A stretch of DNA of 64,000 nucleotides from Patescibacteria group bacterium (GCA_027858235.1 JAQIDC010000036.1:10664-74663), one strand, 5' to 3'; positions 1-10,548 are shown, numbered from the stretch's first letter. Numbers and translations are program-made. Notes: generated by a model not told the origin, from the letters alone.

Positions 1-997
1 AGAGAACGGTTGATGGAACAATAAAAAATAATATTTTTCTAAAAGTAGATGAAAAATTATGAACTAGTTTTTTCTTATCAAAAGCAAGGGCCGACAAGGT
101 TGGGAAGGCAGCAATAGCAAAAGATATTCCAAAAATACTAACTGGGAAAATTTGTAAATTATTGGCATAGTTAAAGACAGAAAGAGAACCAACACTCAAA
201 GTAGAGGCTATGATGGTTATTACTAAAAGATTAAATTGCCCAACTGCTAAACTCAGTGTTCTTGGAACCATCATGGTTGCAATCTTTAGAACATTGCTAT
301 TTTTATAATTTAGATTTAGTTTTGGTCTGTATCCAAGACCAAAAACAGTAGGCACCTGAATTATCATGTGGAGAAAGGCTCCCAAAACTACACCGTAGGC
401 AAGGCCGTATATTCCCCAGATTGGAGCGAAAAAAAGAGCACCGATAATTATTCCAATATTGTAAACAATAGGTGCTAGAGAATATATAAAAAATCTTTTA
501 TACGACTGCAAAACCCCACCCAAAATACTTGATATTCCTAAAAAAACTGGAGATAAAAACATAATCCTTGTGATATTAGCAGCCAATATTTGCTGTTCGG
601 AACTGAACCCGGGCGTTATCAGTTTCATCAAAAAAGGAGCAAAGACAATACCAAATGCTGACATTACAATCAAAGAGATACCAAGAATAGTAATAATAAT
701 ATTAGCTACTTCCCAGGCTTCTTTGTTGTGATTAATTTTTGCACTTGTCTTTTTTATTAACTGAGAAAAGATTGGAATAAATCCTGCCGAAAGAGCGCCT
801 AAAACAATTAGATTAAAAATAAGGTCTGGAATACGAAAGGCTGCAAAGTAAATATCCAGTGTCTCACCTAAGCCAAACTCTGCACCTAGGATACGATCAC
901 GAAAAATACCCAAGAATCGACTTAGCAAAGAAGATAGCGCCACCATTAGTGCCGCTATTGAAATACTATCAATTTTACACAACAATCTTTTTATCAT
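1..997 (-). CDS. murJ: Lipid II flippase MurJ (MviN), 3' end outside window
   Basis: Not in ORF track. Manual translation from ATG at 997: MIKRLLCKIDSISIAALMVALSSLLSRFLGIFRDRILGAEFGLGETLDIYFAAFRIPDL, a typical MurJ N-terminus. Confidence 0.93.
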   Translation of the reverse strand, partial: MIKRLLCKIDSISIAALMVALSSLLSRFLGIFRDRILGAEFGLGETLDIYFAAFRIPDLIFNLIVLGALSAGFIPIFSQLIKKTSAKINHNKEAWEVANIIITILGISLIVMSAFGIVFAPFLMKLITPGFSSEQQILAANITRIMFLSPVFLGISSILGGVLQSYKRFFIYSLAPIVYNIGIIIGALFFAPIWGIYGLAYGVVLGAFLHMIIQVPTVFGLGYRPKLNLNYKNSNVLKIATMMVPRTLSLAVGQFNLLVITIIASTLSVGSLSVFNYANNLQIFPVSIFGISFAIAAFPTLSALAFDKKKLVHNFSSTFRKILFFIVPSTVL

Positions 998-998
998 T

Positions 999-2048
999 TT
1001 AATCTACTAATTTTCTTGTTTCCCTGGCTATTAATGCCTCTTCATTTGTTTCAAAGCTAATGTTTTTATGCTTTCCTAGAAATTTTGTATTATTTATAAT
1101 TTCATTGCGAGTCACAGAATCTCCCGCGCCAATTCCTCCAGAAAATACTATTGCATCAAGTTTTCCGCCGAGAGCAACAAAATAGGCTCCAATATATTTA
1201 GATAGTCTGTAGGTAGCAACATTAAAAGCGAGTCTGGCCTTTTTATTACCGAGGTTCATTTCACGAAGCAAGACCTGATAATCATCAATACCGCCTGATA
1301 AGCCTTTTATACCTGAATTATTGTTTAGGATATCATACAGTTTTTCAATATCATTTTGAGTACCGATCCCTTCTCTTAATATTTCAAAAACTACCCCTGA
1401 ACCAATATCTCCAGCTCTCGTCATCATAACCAATCCTTCCAGTGGTGTAAAGCCCATAGAAGTATCTATCGGTTTCCCATTTTTTATGGCCGTAATTGAC
1501 CAACCACCCCCTAGATGACAAGTTATTAAATTTAGTTTACTAAGTGGTTTCCCTAATTCTTGAGCTGCTTCGTGAGCTATGTAGTTATGAGAAATACCAT
1601 GAAAACCATATCTTTTTATACTATACCTTTCGGCCAAATCGTCAGGGATGGCATAAACTCTAGCTTTTTCTGGAATATTAGAAAAAAAAGCTGTATCGAA
1701 TACAGCAACCTGTGGAGTGTTTGGCAAAAATTCAGATATTATTTTAATTCCTAACAAATTATATGGATTATGAAGTGGTGCTAGATTGTTAATTTTTTCT
1801 AAACGTTCAAGAATATTTTCATTAATAATTACAGGTTCAACAAAATCTTCTCCACCATGAACAATCCGATGTCCAACAGCGCTAATGTCTGAAACATCAC
1901 CAACTTCTCTTAGAATTTTTTTAATTATCTTCTCGTGATTATTCTCTACTAAAAACTTCTCTCTTTTTATTTCATTTCCAGAAACATCAAACAACTTATA
2001 TTTCAAAGAGGTTGAGCCACTATTAATAACTAAAATATTTTGTGACAT
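999..2048 (-). CDS. ackA: Acetate/propionate kinase (shortened)
   Basis: ILVINSGSTSLK, GHRIVHGG, APLHNP, YGFHGISH, DTSMGFTPLEGL motifs. Confidence 0.95.
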   Translation of the reverse strand: MSQNILVINSGSTSLKYKLFDVSGNEIKREKFLVENNHEKIIKKILREVGDVSDISAVGHRIVHGGEDFVEPVIINENILERLEKINNLAPLHNPYNLLGIKIISEFLPNTPQVAVFDTAFFSNIPEKARVYAIPDDLAERYSIKRYGFHGISHNYIAHEAAQELGKPLSKLNLITCHLGGGWSITAIKNGKPIDTSMGFTPLEGLVMMTRAGDIGSGVVFEILREGIGTQNDIEKLYDILNNNSGIKGLSGGIDDYQVLLREMNLGNKKARLAFNVATYRLSKYIGAYFVALGGKLDAIVFSGGIGAGDSVTRNEIINNTKFLGKHKNISFETNEEALIARETRKLVD

Positions 2049-2059
2049 ACTTTTTATAA

Positions 2060-2202
2060 ATTCTAATAACTAAGCACCAAACTCTAAACAAATTCAAATC
2101 ATTAAATACAAATCATTAATTACAAATATTCAAAACAGTTTTATATTTTAAGACTTAGAATTTTGTATTTGTTTAGTATTTAGAATTTAGAGCTTAGAGT
2201 TT
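2060..2202. repeat. Degenerate short-period repeat tract with inverted symmetry
   Basis: Left half ctaa/caaat-rich units, right half complementary ttagaat/tttgtat units. Confidence 0.5.
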
Positions 2203-2207
2203 ATACT

Positions 2208-2780
2208 CTACACTATTACTTCTCCCTTTTGACCTTTAAACCCGCAGGCATTAGCCTCGTCAGTATCAATATGCATGCTCAACTCATAGTTTTCATTTGT
2301 CTTTACTTTTACTTTATCAAAAATCAAAGCTCTCTCTCCATTAATTTTAACTTTAACAATTTGACCATTTCTTAATCCCAATTTCTTAGCTTGTTTTATG
2401 CTGGCGTGAATATGCCTATTGGCCAGGATAGCAGCTTCTTTCTTGTTCACACTAGCGATTGGACCAACAAGGGTAATTGGTGAACTTTTTACTAAATCTC
2501 CGCTCATTCTGGCTGGTGGAGTTAGCCCTAGTTTAATAGCATCTGTTCCAGATATTTCAACCTGAGTATAGGACCTCAGGGGGCCGATTATTCTAACACT
2601 AGAAAACTCTCCTTTTTTTGTTTTAATACCAATTTTTTCCTTACAGGCAAACTCGCCAGGTTGTGATAAATTTTTCAAAGGAGTTAGGCTCGCATTTGCA
2701 CCAAATAATTTTTTAAAATCATTTTCACTTAGGTGGCAATGTCTAGCTGATACCTCAACTTTTATTTTAAATGTTTTCAT
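2208..2780 (-). CDS. pduL: PduL-family phosphate propanoyl/acetyltransferase
   Basis: SARHCHLS, LSQPGEFAC, RIIGPLRSYTQVEIS, RHIH, MHIDTDEANA motifs. Confidence 0.93.
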   Translation of the reverse strand: MKTFKIKVEVSARHCHLSENDFKKLFGANASLTPLKNLSQPGEFACKEKIGIKTKKGEFSSVRIIGPLRSYTQVEISGTDAIKLGLTPPARMSGDLVKSSPITLVGPIASVNKKEAAILANRHIHASIKQAKKLGLRNGQIVKVKINGERALIFDKVKVKTNENYELSMHIDTDEANACGFKGQKGEVIV

Positions 2781-3769
2781 AATATTTCTGGTATTTTCTT
2801 CTTTGTTAAAAGGCCATTTTGAGCTCCTTGATGTTCTATGACAGATGCGGCGTTATACATACCAAGCTTTAGCGAACGTTGAATATCTTCATCGTATTTA
2901 TTGAGCCCGGCCACAAAAGTGGCTCCGAAGGCATCTCCAACGCCAGTAGTGTCGCTCACTTTCCTTGCTTTTATAATATTTTCGCTATAAAATTTAATGC
3001 CGTCATAAGCTTCGGCGCCCTCACTGCCATTGGTTATTAACACAATTTGTGGACCCCATTCTTTAATAATATGAAGTAGATTTTTGGTATTATTTAAAAA
3101 CTTATTATCTTTACTTCGGTATTTTTCATCTGACAACACTAGTTCAAGCGCCTCGTCTTTATTTAGGCTCAGAACGTATGTTCGTTCTAGATATTTTTTT
3201 AATAATTTGTGTCCAGCTTTTAACTGAGTTCCACCAGGATTCCATGCTATTTTTGCCTTATTGGTTGAAAAAACTTTATTTAAAACATCTTGCCAATGAC
3301 CCGAAAGAGAAGAAACATAAACCCAATCAGCACTCCTAATCGCTTTTAACTCTTTTTCTCTAATTTTTAATAAATTATTTGAAGCCCTGTCAGAAAATAA
3401 TATATGTTCATTTTCTGGGCCGATTAGAAGAAAAGAAAAACTACTTCCCCCAGAAACTCGTTGAATTAACTTGGTGTTGACACCAAAAGTCTTCAGATTT
3501 TTTATTACCCTTGCTCCCCTGTCATCATCTCCAAGAGCACTTATAATAGATGCGTCGAGACCAAGCGAGGACAAACAAGCAGCCACGTTCGCAGCTCCTC
3601 CTCCAAAAGATGAGTAAGATTTATTTACTTTTATTTTAGTGCCGAACTCGAAAGCAAGTAAATTTTGGCGAAGTAAGTCTTCTTTGTTGTCAATTAGTAT
3701 TCCTCCTTCGGTATAAAGAGCAATATCCTCAGTACATCCACCAATTGTAATAATCTTTGTTTTTAACAT
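2777..3769 (-). CDS. PfkB/ribokinase-family carbohydrate kinase
   Basis: GGGAANVA and DTTGVGDAFG signatures. Confidence 0.92.
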   Translation of the reverse strand: MLKTKIITIGGCTEDIALYTEGGILIDNKEDLLRQNLLAFEFGTKIKVNKSYSSFGGGAANVAACLSSLGLDASIISALGDDDRGARVIKNLKTFGVNTKLIQRVSGGSSFSFLLIGPENEHILFSDRASNNLLKIREKELKAIRSADWVYVSSLSGHWQDVLNKVFSTNKAKIAWNPGGTQLKAGHKLLKKYLERTYVLSLNKDEALELVLSDEKYRSKDNKFLNNTKNLLHIIKEWGPQIVLITNGSEGAEAYDGIKFYSENIIKARKVSDTTGVGDAFGATFVAGLNKYDEDIQRSLKLGMYNAASVIEHQGAQNGLLTKKKIPEIL

Positions 3770-3836
3770 AAGAAAATGTATTATTTTTACTAACTATTAT
3801 TATACCATATTTAGATATCATCCACCAAGATAATTT

Positions 3837-3872
3837 AAAAAAGCTAAGCTCTTAATTAAAGCTTAGCTTTTT
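3837..3872. terminator. Intrinsic terminator-like hairpin
   Basis: aaaaagctaagct...agcttagcttttt just 3' of the DUF4340 gene. Confidence 0.75.
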
Positions 3873-3887
3873 ATATTTTATTGTATT

Positions 3888-4799
3888 CTATCTCAAATCC
3901 CTGATACTAGTATCTAGAGTTTCTTTCTGCTCTGAACTAATCAAATAAATATTATCACTACTCCCCTTTTTGGCGAAGAAATTACCCTCAGCATTCTCTC
4001 CTCCAACCATAAGAACATTTTGAACTCCATCTCCACTAACTTCTACTATTACAGAATGGTTTTCAAGTCCCGTTCCTTCGAAAGTTTGTGCTGGGATGCC
4101 TGCGGCATTCAGGCTAGTCATTATTTCAAGAACTTTATTAATCTTCTCTTCATCTACGCTAAATGAATAAGGGAGGGTTCCCTTCCATTCTTCATCTATC
4201 TTTTCTATACTAAATTCACTATTTGGATATTGAAATCTAATTTTGTTGGCTAATTCAGGGCCTCCAGCAAAAATCATTGTATCATACCAAGAATTAACAT
4301 CCTTATTGAAAGCATAGCCTATATTAGCACCGACCTTATATATGTTGTTTGAATCAGGGATGGAAACATAAGAGCCAGCGAAATCATTAGTCATTTTTCC
4401 TACTATAAAATCAATCAATACCCCTTCACTATCTTCAAGACTTACTCTAGTCCCGCTCTCATCTGTTTCAAATTCTGATTTTTTATCTTTATTATTACTT
4501 GCTAAATCAAAATTGGCCTCAATAGCTTCTTCCATATATGTCACGAAAATTTCATCTGTATCTTTGACATAAAAGTCCTTTGTATCAGCTATTTTCCATT
4601 TTTCTCCCTGTCTCTCAAAACTTATTTTTTCTCCATTTTTTTCTAGATTTATCTTGATAACTTCTTCGAATTTAATTTTATCAAAGAAATTATCTGGCCT
4701 TCCTAAGTTTTTCTTCCAATCCATGATTGGTTCAAATACAAAAGCCAAAGCTAATAAAAAAACGAATACCCCTCCCAGAATAATATTTTCTTTTCTCAT
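3888..4799 (-). CDS. DUF4340-like membrane-anchored protein
   Basis: N-terminal TM, two internally repeated halves, follows GldG-like gene as is usual for this family. Confidence 0.7.
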   Translation of the reverse strand: MRKENIILGGVFVFLLALAFVFEPIMDWKKNLGRPDNFFDKIKFEEVIKINLEKNGEKISFERQGEKWKIADTKDFYVKDTDEIFVTYMEEAIEANFDLASNNKDKKSEFETDESGTRVSLEDSEGVLIDFIVGKMTNDFAGSYVSIPDSNNIYKVGANIGYAFNKDVNSWYDTMIFAGGPELANKIRFQYPNSEFSIEKIDEEWKGTLPYSFSVDEEKINKVLEIMTSLNAAGIPAQTFEGTGLENHSVIVEVSGDGVQNVLMVGGENAEGNFFAKKGSSDNIYLISSEQKETLDTSIRDLR

Positions 4800-4817
4800 A
4801 ATCTTTTATGTTAATTT

Positions 4818-6341
4818 TTATAAATCATCAACAAATCTTGATTTTTTTCTCAAGAAATATCTAGAAAGTCCAATTGTCAAAACTAAAACGGTTACCCCAA
4901 AAACATTCAAATATCTTATCAAAACTTTTTGGCCGTCACTTATGTCTGTCTCAATTGGTCGACTAGTAATTCCTTTTGATCTAACTTCAATCAAATCGCC
5001 ATCCAAAGAAAGGCTATCAGTAATGTTTTGAAAAAATACTAAATTATCCGCCATGGTTACAAGATTTCCTGAAGCAAAATCACTATCACCAACAACTAAA
5101 ATTCTTGAAAAAATTGTATCTTCTATTCCATACGGGCTCTTGAACTTAGCGCTAACATCAACTGCTAAGTTGCTTGTTTGTGTTTTGTTGGGAGTGAAAG
5201 TTTGCTGAGGATTTAAATCATATTTACCAGTCTGTCTCCAGGATTTGTCAGATGATTTAGCAAGGTAAGATATGTTATAATTTTCTCCCAATTTTGTTTT
5301 ATCTACATCAATGCTTGATGCCCATTGCAAGACAACGTTCTCAAGCTTTGATACAGCTGAATTGTCTTGATCAAACCCATCTTTTGCAATCTTCGGCCAA
5401 TAAGAATAGCTTGTCTGGAATGTAAAAAATCCTTGATTAAAAGACGCTACTCCTGAATTCGCTTTCGATTCCAGCACCATGTCATTGTTTATTTTTATAC
5501 CATAATTTGTTAGCAAATTATTTAGTCCATTATTTTTGTTTGTGGCTTGCAATCCCTCGTCTATTGCCACACCTTCATCTAGGACTAAAAGATTCCCACC
5601 TTTCGCCACATAAGCATCTATTTTCACTAAGCCCCCCTCTGGTATCTCCTCTTTAGGGCTAACTATAATGAGTGTTTTTAGGCTTGTGTCTATTTCTTCA
5701 ACACTAAGCAGGTCAACATCCACCACCTCATAAAGTTCTTCTAGTTTTTGAATTCCCCCGCCAAGACTTTCTCTGTCTAGGGATCCATAACCGTTAAGAA
5801 GTCCTAATTTGATTGTTTCTCCAGAGGTTAACTTCTTAATTGCAAGCGTAATCTGATATTCCAAACTCTTGGTATCTTGAACTACAGGAATAATTTCAGA
5901 ATCACTTCCATATCCTATGGACATGCCCATATATCCTCTAACCAATTGCATTTGGTCCTTTTCAAAAACTTCAAACTGAAGTTCTGGTATTCCCTGCGCA
6001 TAAAGAGAGCTAGCTAGCTCTTCGTCATCAGTGGGGTCAATAAACTCAATTCTCACATTACCGCTTGAATAATTATCATAAGCATCTAGAATATCTCCGA
6101 CATTTTCTCTTAATGAAATAAATTGACTAGGTAGATTTTTACTGAAATAGACTTTAATGTTTACAACATCATCTAAATTTTTGAGCGTATTTTTTGTTAC
6201 TGCTGAAACTGTAAACTCTTTGTTTTGAGTTAAATCTAGTCTTGTAAATATTTTATAAGAAAAGAAATTGACCAAAATTATAATACCAATAATGGATAAT
6301 AGAGTTACATATGTTTCGCTACGTTGTTTTATTTTTTTCAT
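4818..6341 (-). CDS. GldG-like ABC transporter auxiliary component
   Basis: RLDLTQNKEFTVS, IEFIDP, ILVVGDSDF motifs; N- and C-terminal TMs; start moved to ATG 6341. Confidence 0.85.
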   Translation of the reverse strand: MKKIKQRSETYVTLLSIIGIIILVNFFSYKIFTRLDLTQNKEFTVSAVTKNTLKNLDDVVNIKVYFSKNLPSQFISLRENVGDILDAYDNYSSGNVRIEFIDPTDDEELASSLYAQGIPELQFEVFEKDQMQLVRGYMGMSIGYGSDSEIIPVVQDTKSLEYQITLAIKKLTSGETIKLGLLNGYGSLDRESLGGGIQKLEELYEVVDVDLLSVEEIDTSLKTLIIVSPKEEIPEGGLVKIDAYVAKGGNLLVLDEGVAIDEGLQATNKNNGLNNLLTNYGIKINNDMVLESKANSGVASFNQGFFTFQTSYSYWPKIAKDGFDQDNSAVSKLENVVLQWASSIDVDKTKLGENYNISYLAKSSDKSWRQTGKYDLNPQQTFTPNKTQTSNLAVDVSAKFKSPYGIEDTIFSRILVVGDSDFASGNLVTMADNLVFFQNITDSLSLDGDLIEVRSKGITSRPIETDISDGQKVLIRYLNVFGVTVLVLTIGLSRYFLRKKSRFVDDL

Positions 6342-6345
6342 AATT

Positions 6346-7077
6346 TTATTTCCAAGTTCTGTTCTCAATAACACGCGCGTTGAGCCACAGGAACATAAAT
6401 ATAAATGAAATATAGTAAATTACATCTTTTGAATCAATTACTCCCCTAGCAATACTGTTAAAATGACTTCCGAGCCCAATAAACTTCATAATAGGGGCTA
6501 GAGCCATTGGAGCACCTGCCAGAACAAAGTCCGCACCGATAATAAAGAATCCAAAGCAAGCCATCACTCCAAGAATAAAAGCTATAATCTGATTTTTTGT
6601 AAGACTCGATATAAATAAACCGAGAGCCAAATAAGATCCTCCCAAGAAAAGAGCACCAAGGTATGAACCAATAATTGGACCCATGTCAGCGTTTCCAAGA
6701 GCAAAAATGGTAATAGGGAGAGTGAAGGTCATTAAAAGCGAAATAAAAAGGAAAACCAAAGCTCCAAAGAATTTTGCCAAAACCACCTGCCAGTTCGTTA
6801 TTGGGAGGGTTAATAAAAACTCTATCGTTCCACTTCTTTTTTCTTCTGCCCAAAGTCTCATAGTGAGAGCCGGGGCCAAAAATAGGAATATCCAAGGTAA
6901 CAATGAAAAGTAGTTTCTCATGCTCGCCTGTCCTATAATAAAAAACCATTTAAAAAAAAGCCAATTGCCCATAACGAGAAAAACTCCAATAAAAATATAG
7001 GCTATCGGAGAATTAAAGTATGACATTAACTCCTTCTTAAACAGTGAGTAAATTGTTTTTAAGTATTCTTTATTCAT
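6346..7077 (-). CDS. GldF-like ABC-2 permease
   Basis: KKELMSYFNSPIAY, LTMRLWAEEKRSGTIEFLLTLP, SSLTKNQIIA. Confidence 0.9.
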   Translation of the reverse strand: MNKEYLKTIYSLFKKELMSYFNSPIAYIFIGVFLVMGNWLFFKWFFIIGQASMRNYFSLLPWIFLFLAPALTMRLWAEEKRSGTIEFLLTLPITNWQVVLAKFFGALVFLFISLLMTFTLPITIFALGNADMGPIIGSYLGALFLGGSYLALGLFISSLTKNQIIAFILGVMACFGFFIIGADFVLAGAPMALAPIMKFIGLGSHFNSIARGVIDSKDVIYYISFIFMFLWLNARVIENRTWK

Positions 7078-7083
7078 ATATTT

Positions 7084-8013
7084 TTATTTTGTTAATTCTC
7101 TAAAGACGTCTTCAAGACTTGTTTTCTTTCGACTATATTCAAGGATAGGCCATCCTTGTTGAGCGACAGCAATAGACAGATATTCCCGGATATCGACTCC
7201 ATTTTTAGGCTCAATTGAATATCCATAAATATTAGAACTCTCTTTATCCTTTATTTCTACTTTTTCGATATTTTCTAAACCTCTTATTCTCTTTAGGGCG
7301 GCGTCTTTGTCTGCTTTTATTTTCAAATAGATCAATTCTTTATGAGCTGATTTTTCAGTTAGTTCATCTGGCTTCCCTTCTCCGACTATTTTACCATCAT
7401 TGATAATAATAATTCGGTCGCAAGTAGCTGAAACTTCACTCAAAATATGAGTTGAGAAAATGACTGTTTTTTCTTTTCCAATCTTTTTTATCAAATCTCT
7501 AATTTCAGCAATTTGATTTGGATCAAGCCCAGTAGTTGGCTCATCTAAGATTAATATATCAGGCTCATGAATGATGGCTTGAGCCAAGCCAACTCTTTGA
7601 CGAAAACCCTTTGAAAGTTCATCAATTGGTTTTCGCAAAACTTTTGACAAACCACAGGCCTCTGAGGCTTTAGTGATAGCATTTTTATGCTCACTCTTTT
7701 CTATACCTCTAATTTCGGCGATAAATTTTAGGTACTCAAAAACCCTCATTTCATCATAAAGAGGGACATTTTCCGGTAAATAACCAATTTTTCTTCTTAT
7801 TTCTAGTGAGTCTTCGGCAACATTTAGGCCGTCAATAATGACTTTGCCTTCACTTCCTGCCCAAAAAGAAGTGATAATTTTCATGGTAGTGGATTTTCCG
7901 GCACCATTTGGTCCCAGAAAACCTAATATTTCTCCTTGTTTTACAGAAAAACTGATATCATCCAAAATTTTGGTTGACCCAATTTTTTTGCTTAGATTTT
8001 TAACTTCAATCAT
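7084..8013 (-). CDS. GldA-like ABC transporter ATPase
   Basis: Walker A GPNGAGKST, LSKGFRQR, ILDEPT; start moved to ATG 8013. Confidence 0.93.
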   Translation of the reverse strand: MIEVKNLSKKIGSTKILDDISFSVKQGEILGFLGPNGAGKSTTMKIITSFWAGSEGKVIIDGLNVAEDSLEIRRKIGYLPENVPLYDEMRVFEYLKFIAEIRGIEKSEHKNAITKASEACGLSKVLRKPIDELSKGFRQRVGLAQAIIHEPDILILDEPTTGLDPNQIAEIRDLIKKIGKEKTVIFSTHILSEVSATCDRIIIINDGKIVGEGKPDELTEKSAHKELIYLKIKADKDAALKRIRGLENIEKVEIKDKESSNIYGYSIEPKNGVDIREYLSIAVAQQGWPILEYSRKKTSLEDVFRELTK

Positions 8014-8133
8014 GGGGTTTTTCAAAAATAAAACTACACAGAATGCAGTATATTTATTTATTATATTGTAATTATAGAGCAAAATACAGAATGCTTCAAT
8101 ATTGACAAAAGTCCTAGTTGATATTATAAAAAA

Positions 8134-8637
8134 TTAGTCTTCTTGGTCCTCTCTCCATTTTTTAAGTTTCTCTGCCTCCGCATCCAGTTTAGCTTCTGTT
8201 TGTTGTGAAACTCCTTTTCCTATCCCCCATATCTCCTCGGTTTCATCATTATTTCCCACAAATTCCTCAGGAGCTTCATCTGTGACAATCGTTTCAGTAA
8301 CAGAATTAGTCACACTATTATCAGGTTCACCTAAATTTTTCCATCTATCAGGAATACTTATATCAGAATATTCAGCTGATGACAATATTTCATAAACTAC
8401 AGGAACTAATTCTTTGTAAAACTCCTGAAGAAGACCATCGGTACGAAAGTATTTTTCACTACCTTCAATATTTTTTGCAACAGTTGAAATAAATATTTCA
8501 TTTAATTTTAATAGGTCATCATCACTATTTTTAGAACGTTCTAAATTAAGGGATGTATTAATAGCAGCTATTATTTTTTCTCTAGGTGGCAAAACTATTT
8601 TCTCAAGTCCTTGAAAAAAACTATCTTCATTAATCAT
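8134..8637 (-). CDS. Hypothetical acidic protein
   Basis: 167-aa ORF co-oriented with neighbours, no recognised motif. Confidence 0.6.
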   Translation of the reverse strand: MINEDSFFQGLEKIVLPPREKIIAAINTSLNLERSKNSDDDLLKLNEIFISTVAKNIEGSEKYFRTDGLLQEFYKELVPVVYEILSSAEYSDISIPDRWKNLGEPDNSVTNSVTETIVTDEAPEEFVGNNDETEEIWGIGKGVSQQTEAKLDAEAEKLKKWREDQED

Positions 8638-8653
8638 TTTTTTATAATTAATA

Positions 8654-9724
8654 TTAAATATTTAAATCTTGTAAAATTTTCCTTTGTTTTTTATCTAAAT
8701 TTTTTGGAGTTAAAATAACAACTTTTACCAAATGATCCCCGCGTCCTCTTCCATTTAGTTTGTTCACTCCTCTGCCTTTCATCTTAAAAATAGTCCCTGA
8801 CTGAGTTCCTTCTGGTATTTTTAGTTTAACTACACCATCAACTGTTTCTACTTCTATTTTATCACCTAAAACAGCTTGAGTAAAACTAATTTCCTTTTTA
8901 GAGACAATGTCAATTCCTTCCCTAGAAAACCTTTTATCTTCCTTAACATTAACCCTGATATAAAGATCTCCCGCAGGAGCTCCCTTTTCTCCAGCCTCGC
9001 CGTTAGCAGGCATCCTTAAAGATTCACCGTTATCTATCCCGGCTGGAATTTTTATATTAAGTTTTATATTTTCTAGTGTTATTCCATGTCCATGACACTT
9101 AGTGCATTTCTGGGAAAATTCCTTCCCCTCGCCATTACAAGCAGGGCAAGTCGTTTGCGTCTGGATTGAACCAAGGATTGTTTGCTGAACTCTCGAAACA
9201 CGACCAGCACCATTACAAGTAGCGCAGGTTTCAACATCAGACCCAGGCTCCGCTCCTTCACCCTTACATTTATCACAAGTTGTTTTCTTTCTAATATTTA
9301 TTTCCTTCTCCACACCAAAAACTGCTTCAGAAAAATCAATGACTACATTTGTTTCTATATCAGATCCTCTCTGTGCTCTTTTTCTTCCTCCACCACCACC
9401 GAAGCCAAATATATCACCGAAGCCACCAAACATATCACCGAGGTCATCCATATTTATATTCATTCCGTCAAACCCACCAGGACCAGGTCCTCCAGCTCCA
9501 CCAGCTTGACCATTTTGAAAACCTGAACCAAATTGATCATACTGTGACTTTTTCTTAGCATCACCTAAAACCTGATAAGCTTCATTTATTTCTTTAAACT
9601 TTGCTTCATCTCCGGTTTTTTTATCTGGGTGATATTCATGAGCCTTTTTTCTAAAAGCTTTTTTTATTTCATCTTGAGAAGAACCCTTTTCAACTCCTAA
9701 AATTTTATAATAATCTTTTCCCAT
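8654..9724 (-). CDS. dnaJ: Chaperone DnaJ
   Basis: J-domain HPD, G/F-rich region, four CxxCxGxG repeats. Confidence 0.98.
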   Translation of the reverse strand: MGKDYYKILGVEKGSSQDEIKKAFRKKAHEYHPDKKTGDEAKFKEINEAYQVLGDAKKKSQYDQFGSGFQNGQAGGAGGPGPGGFDGMNINMDDLGDMFGGFGDIFGFGGGGGRKRAQRGSDIETNVVIDFSEAVFGVEKEINIRKKTTCDKCKGEGAEPGSDVETCATCNGAGRVSRVQQTILGSIQTQTTCPACNGEGKEFSQKCTKCHGHGITLENIKLNIKIPAGIDNGESLRMPANGEAGEKGAPAGDLYIRVNVKEDKRFSREGIDIVSKKEISFTQAVLGDKIEVETVDGVVKLKIPEGTQSGTIFKMKGRGVNKLNGRGRGDHLVKVVILTPKNLDKKQRKILQDLNI

Positions 9725-9789
9725 TATTTTATTAACATATACACAAAATTATTTTGTTATGTGTTACATGTTTTATGTTATGTGATTTC

Positions 9790-10101
9790 TTATCCTTTAA
9801 AGCCAATTTCTTTATCGTTTATTTTTGACTCTTCAATTTTACCAAATTTCTCTTCATATTTTGACAAATTATCACTAAGAGCTGCAACCATTCTCTTTAG
9901 ATGCCCAGGACTTGAGATTATTTTTCCTGTTACTTTTCCGCTACCTCCAAATATATTTAGGAACATCATCTGAATCTCGTCTTTAGTGTGATTAACTTGC
10001 ATTGCATTTGCATATTCCGCCCCTGGAATATTATCTGCTATTTTAATGTCCTGCCTTCCGCCAGGCATAGCTTTTTTTTCTTGTTTTTCTTGATTTGTCA
10101 T
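9790..10101 (-). CDS. DUF3467-like small protein
   Basis: YANAMQVNHTKDE...SPGHLKR...YEEKFGKI pattern. Confidence 0.75.
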   Translation of the reverse strand: MTNQEKQEKKAMPGGRQDIKIADNIPGAEYANAMQVNHTKDEIQMMFLNIFGGSGKVTGKIISSPGHLKRMVAALSDNLSKYEEKFGKIEESKINDKEIGFKG

Positions 10102-10159
10102 AATGTATATAAATTAATAATTAATAAGTTGGGCGAAAGTTCTTCGCCAGGAAAAGTTT

Positions 10160-10548
10160 TAGTTATGTTCTGGTTCAATACCATTCACGAAATTAGTTGA
10201 TTCAATAATGGTTTTTTTCTTCTCATCAGCAGAATAAGAAAATTTTAATATTTTACCAGCCTCACAAATAACTATTCAATTAACAATCGCTTTTTAACCT
10301 TGATTTTATAAATATCAAATTCGCTCTCATATTCCTCTTGATTATTAATATTAATAAATAATCTACCACCAATTCGACATTCAATAATTTTAACTTCAGT
10401 ATTATACAGGACGATACCATCTTCAAGCATTAATTTTTTCGTTCTCGGATAAATAGCGATTTTTTCATAATTAGGAAATGTAAGCAAAATCACTGAACAA
10501 TCGTTAATTTTCTGATAATATTCCTATTCTTCCTCTAAGGGTCGCCAT
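10160..10548 (-). pseudogene. Probable decayed orphan gene (includes 73-aa ORF 10272-10493)
   Basis: AGGAGG at 10553-10558 and ATG at 10548 open only 14 codons; coding-like reading continues in shifted frames. Confidence 0.4.

Noticed and set aside
3888..8013. Gld-like ABC genes as evidence of gliding motility
   Set aside because: This module is widespread in non-gliding bacteria and no motor genes are present
10160..10290. In-frame TGA suggesting genetic code 25
   Set aside because: Long genes translate fully under code 11 and TGA ends the 58866 gene; local decay is more likely
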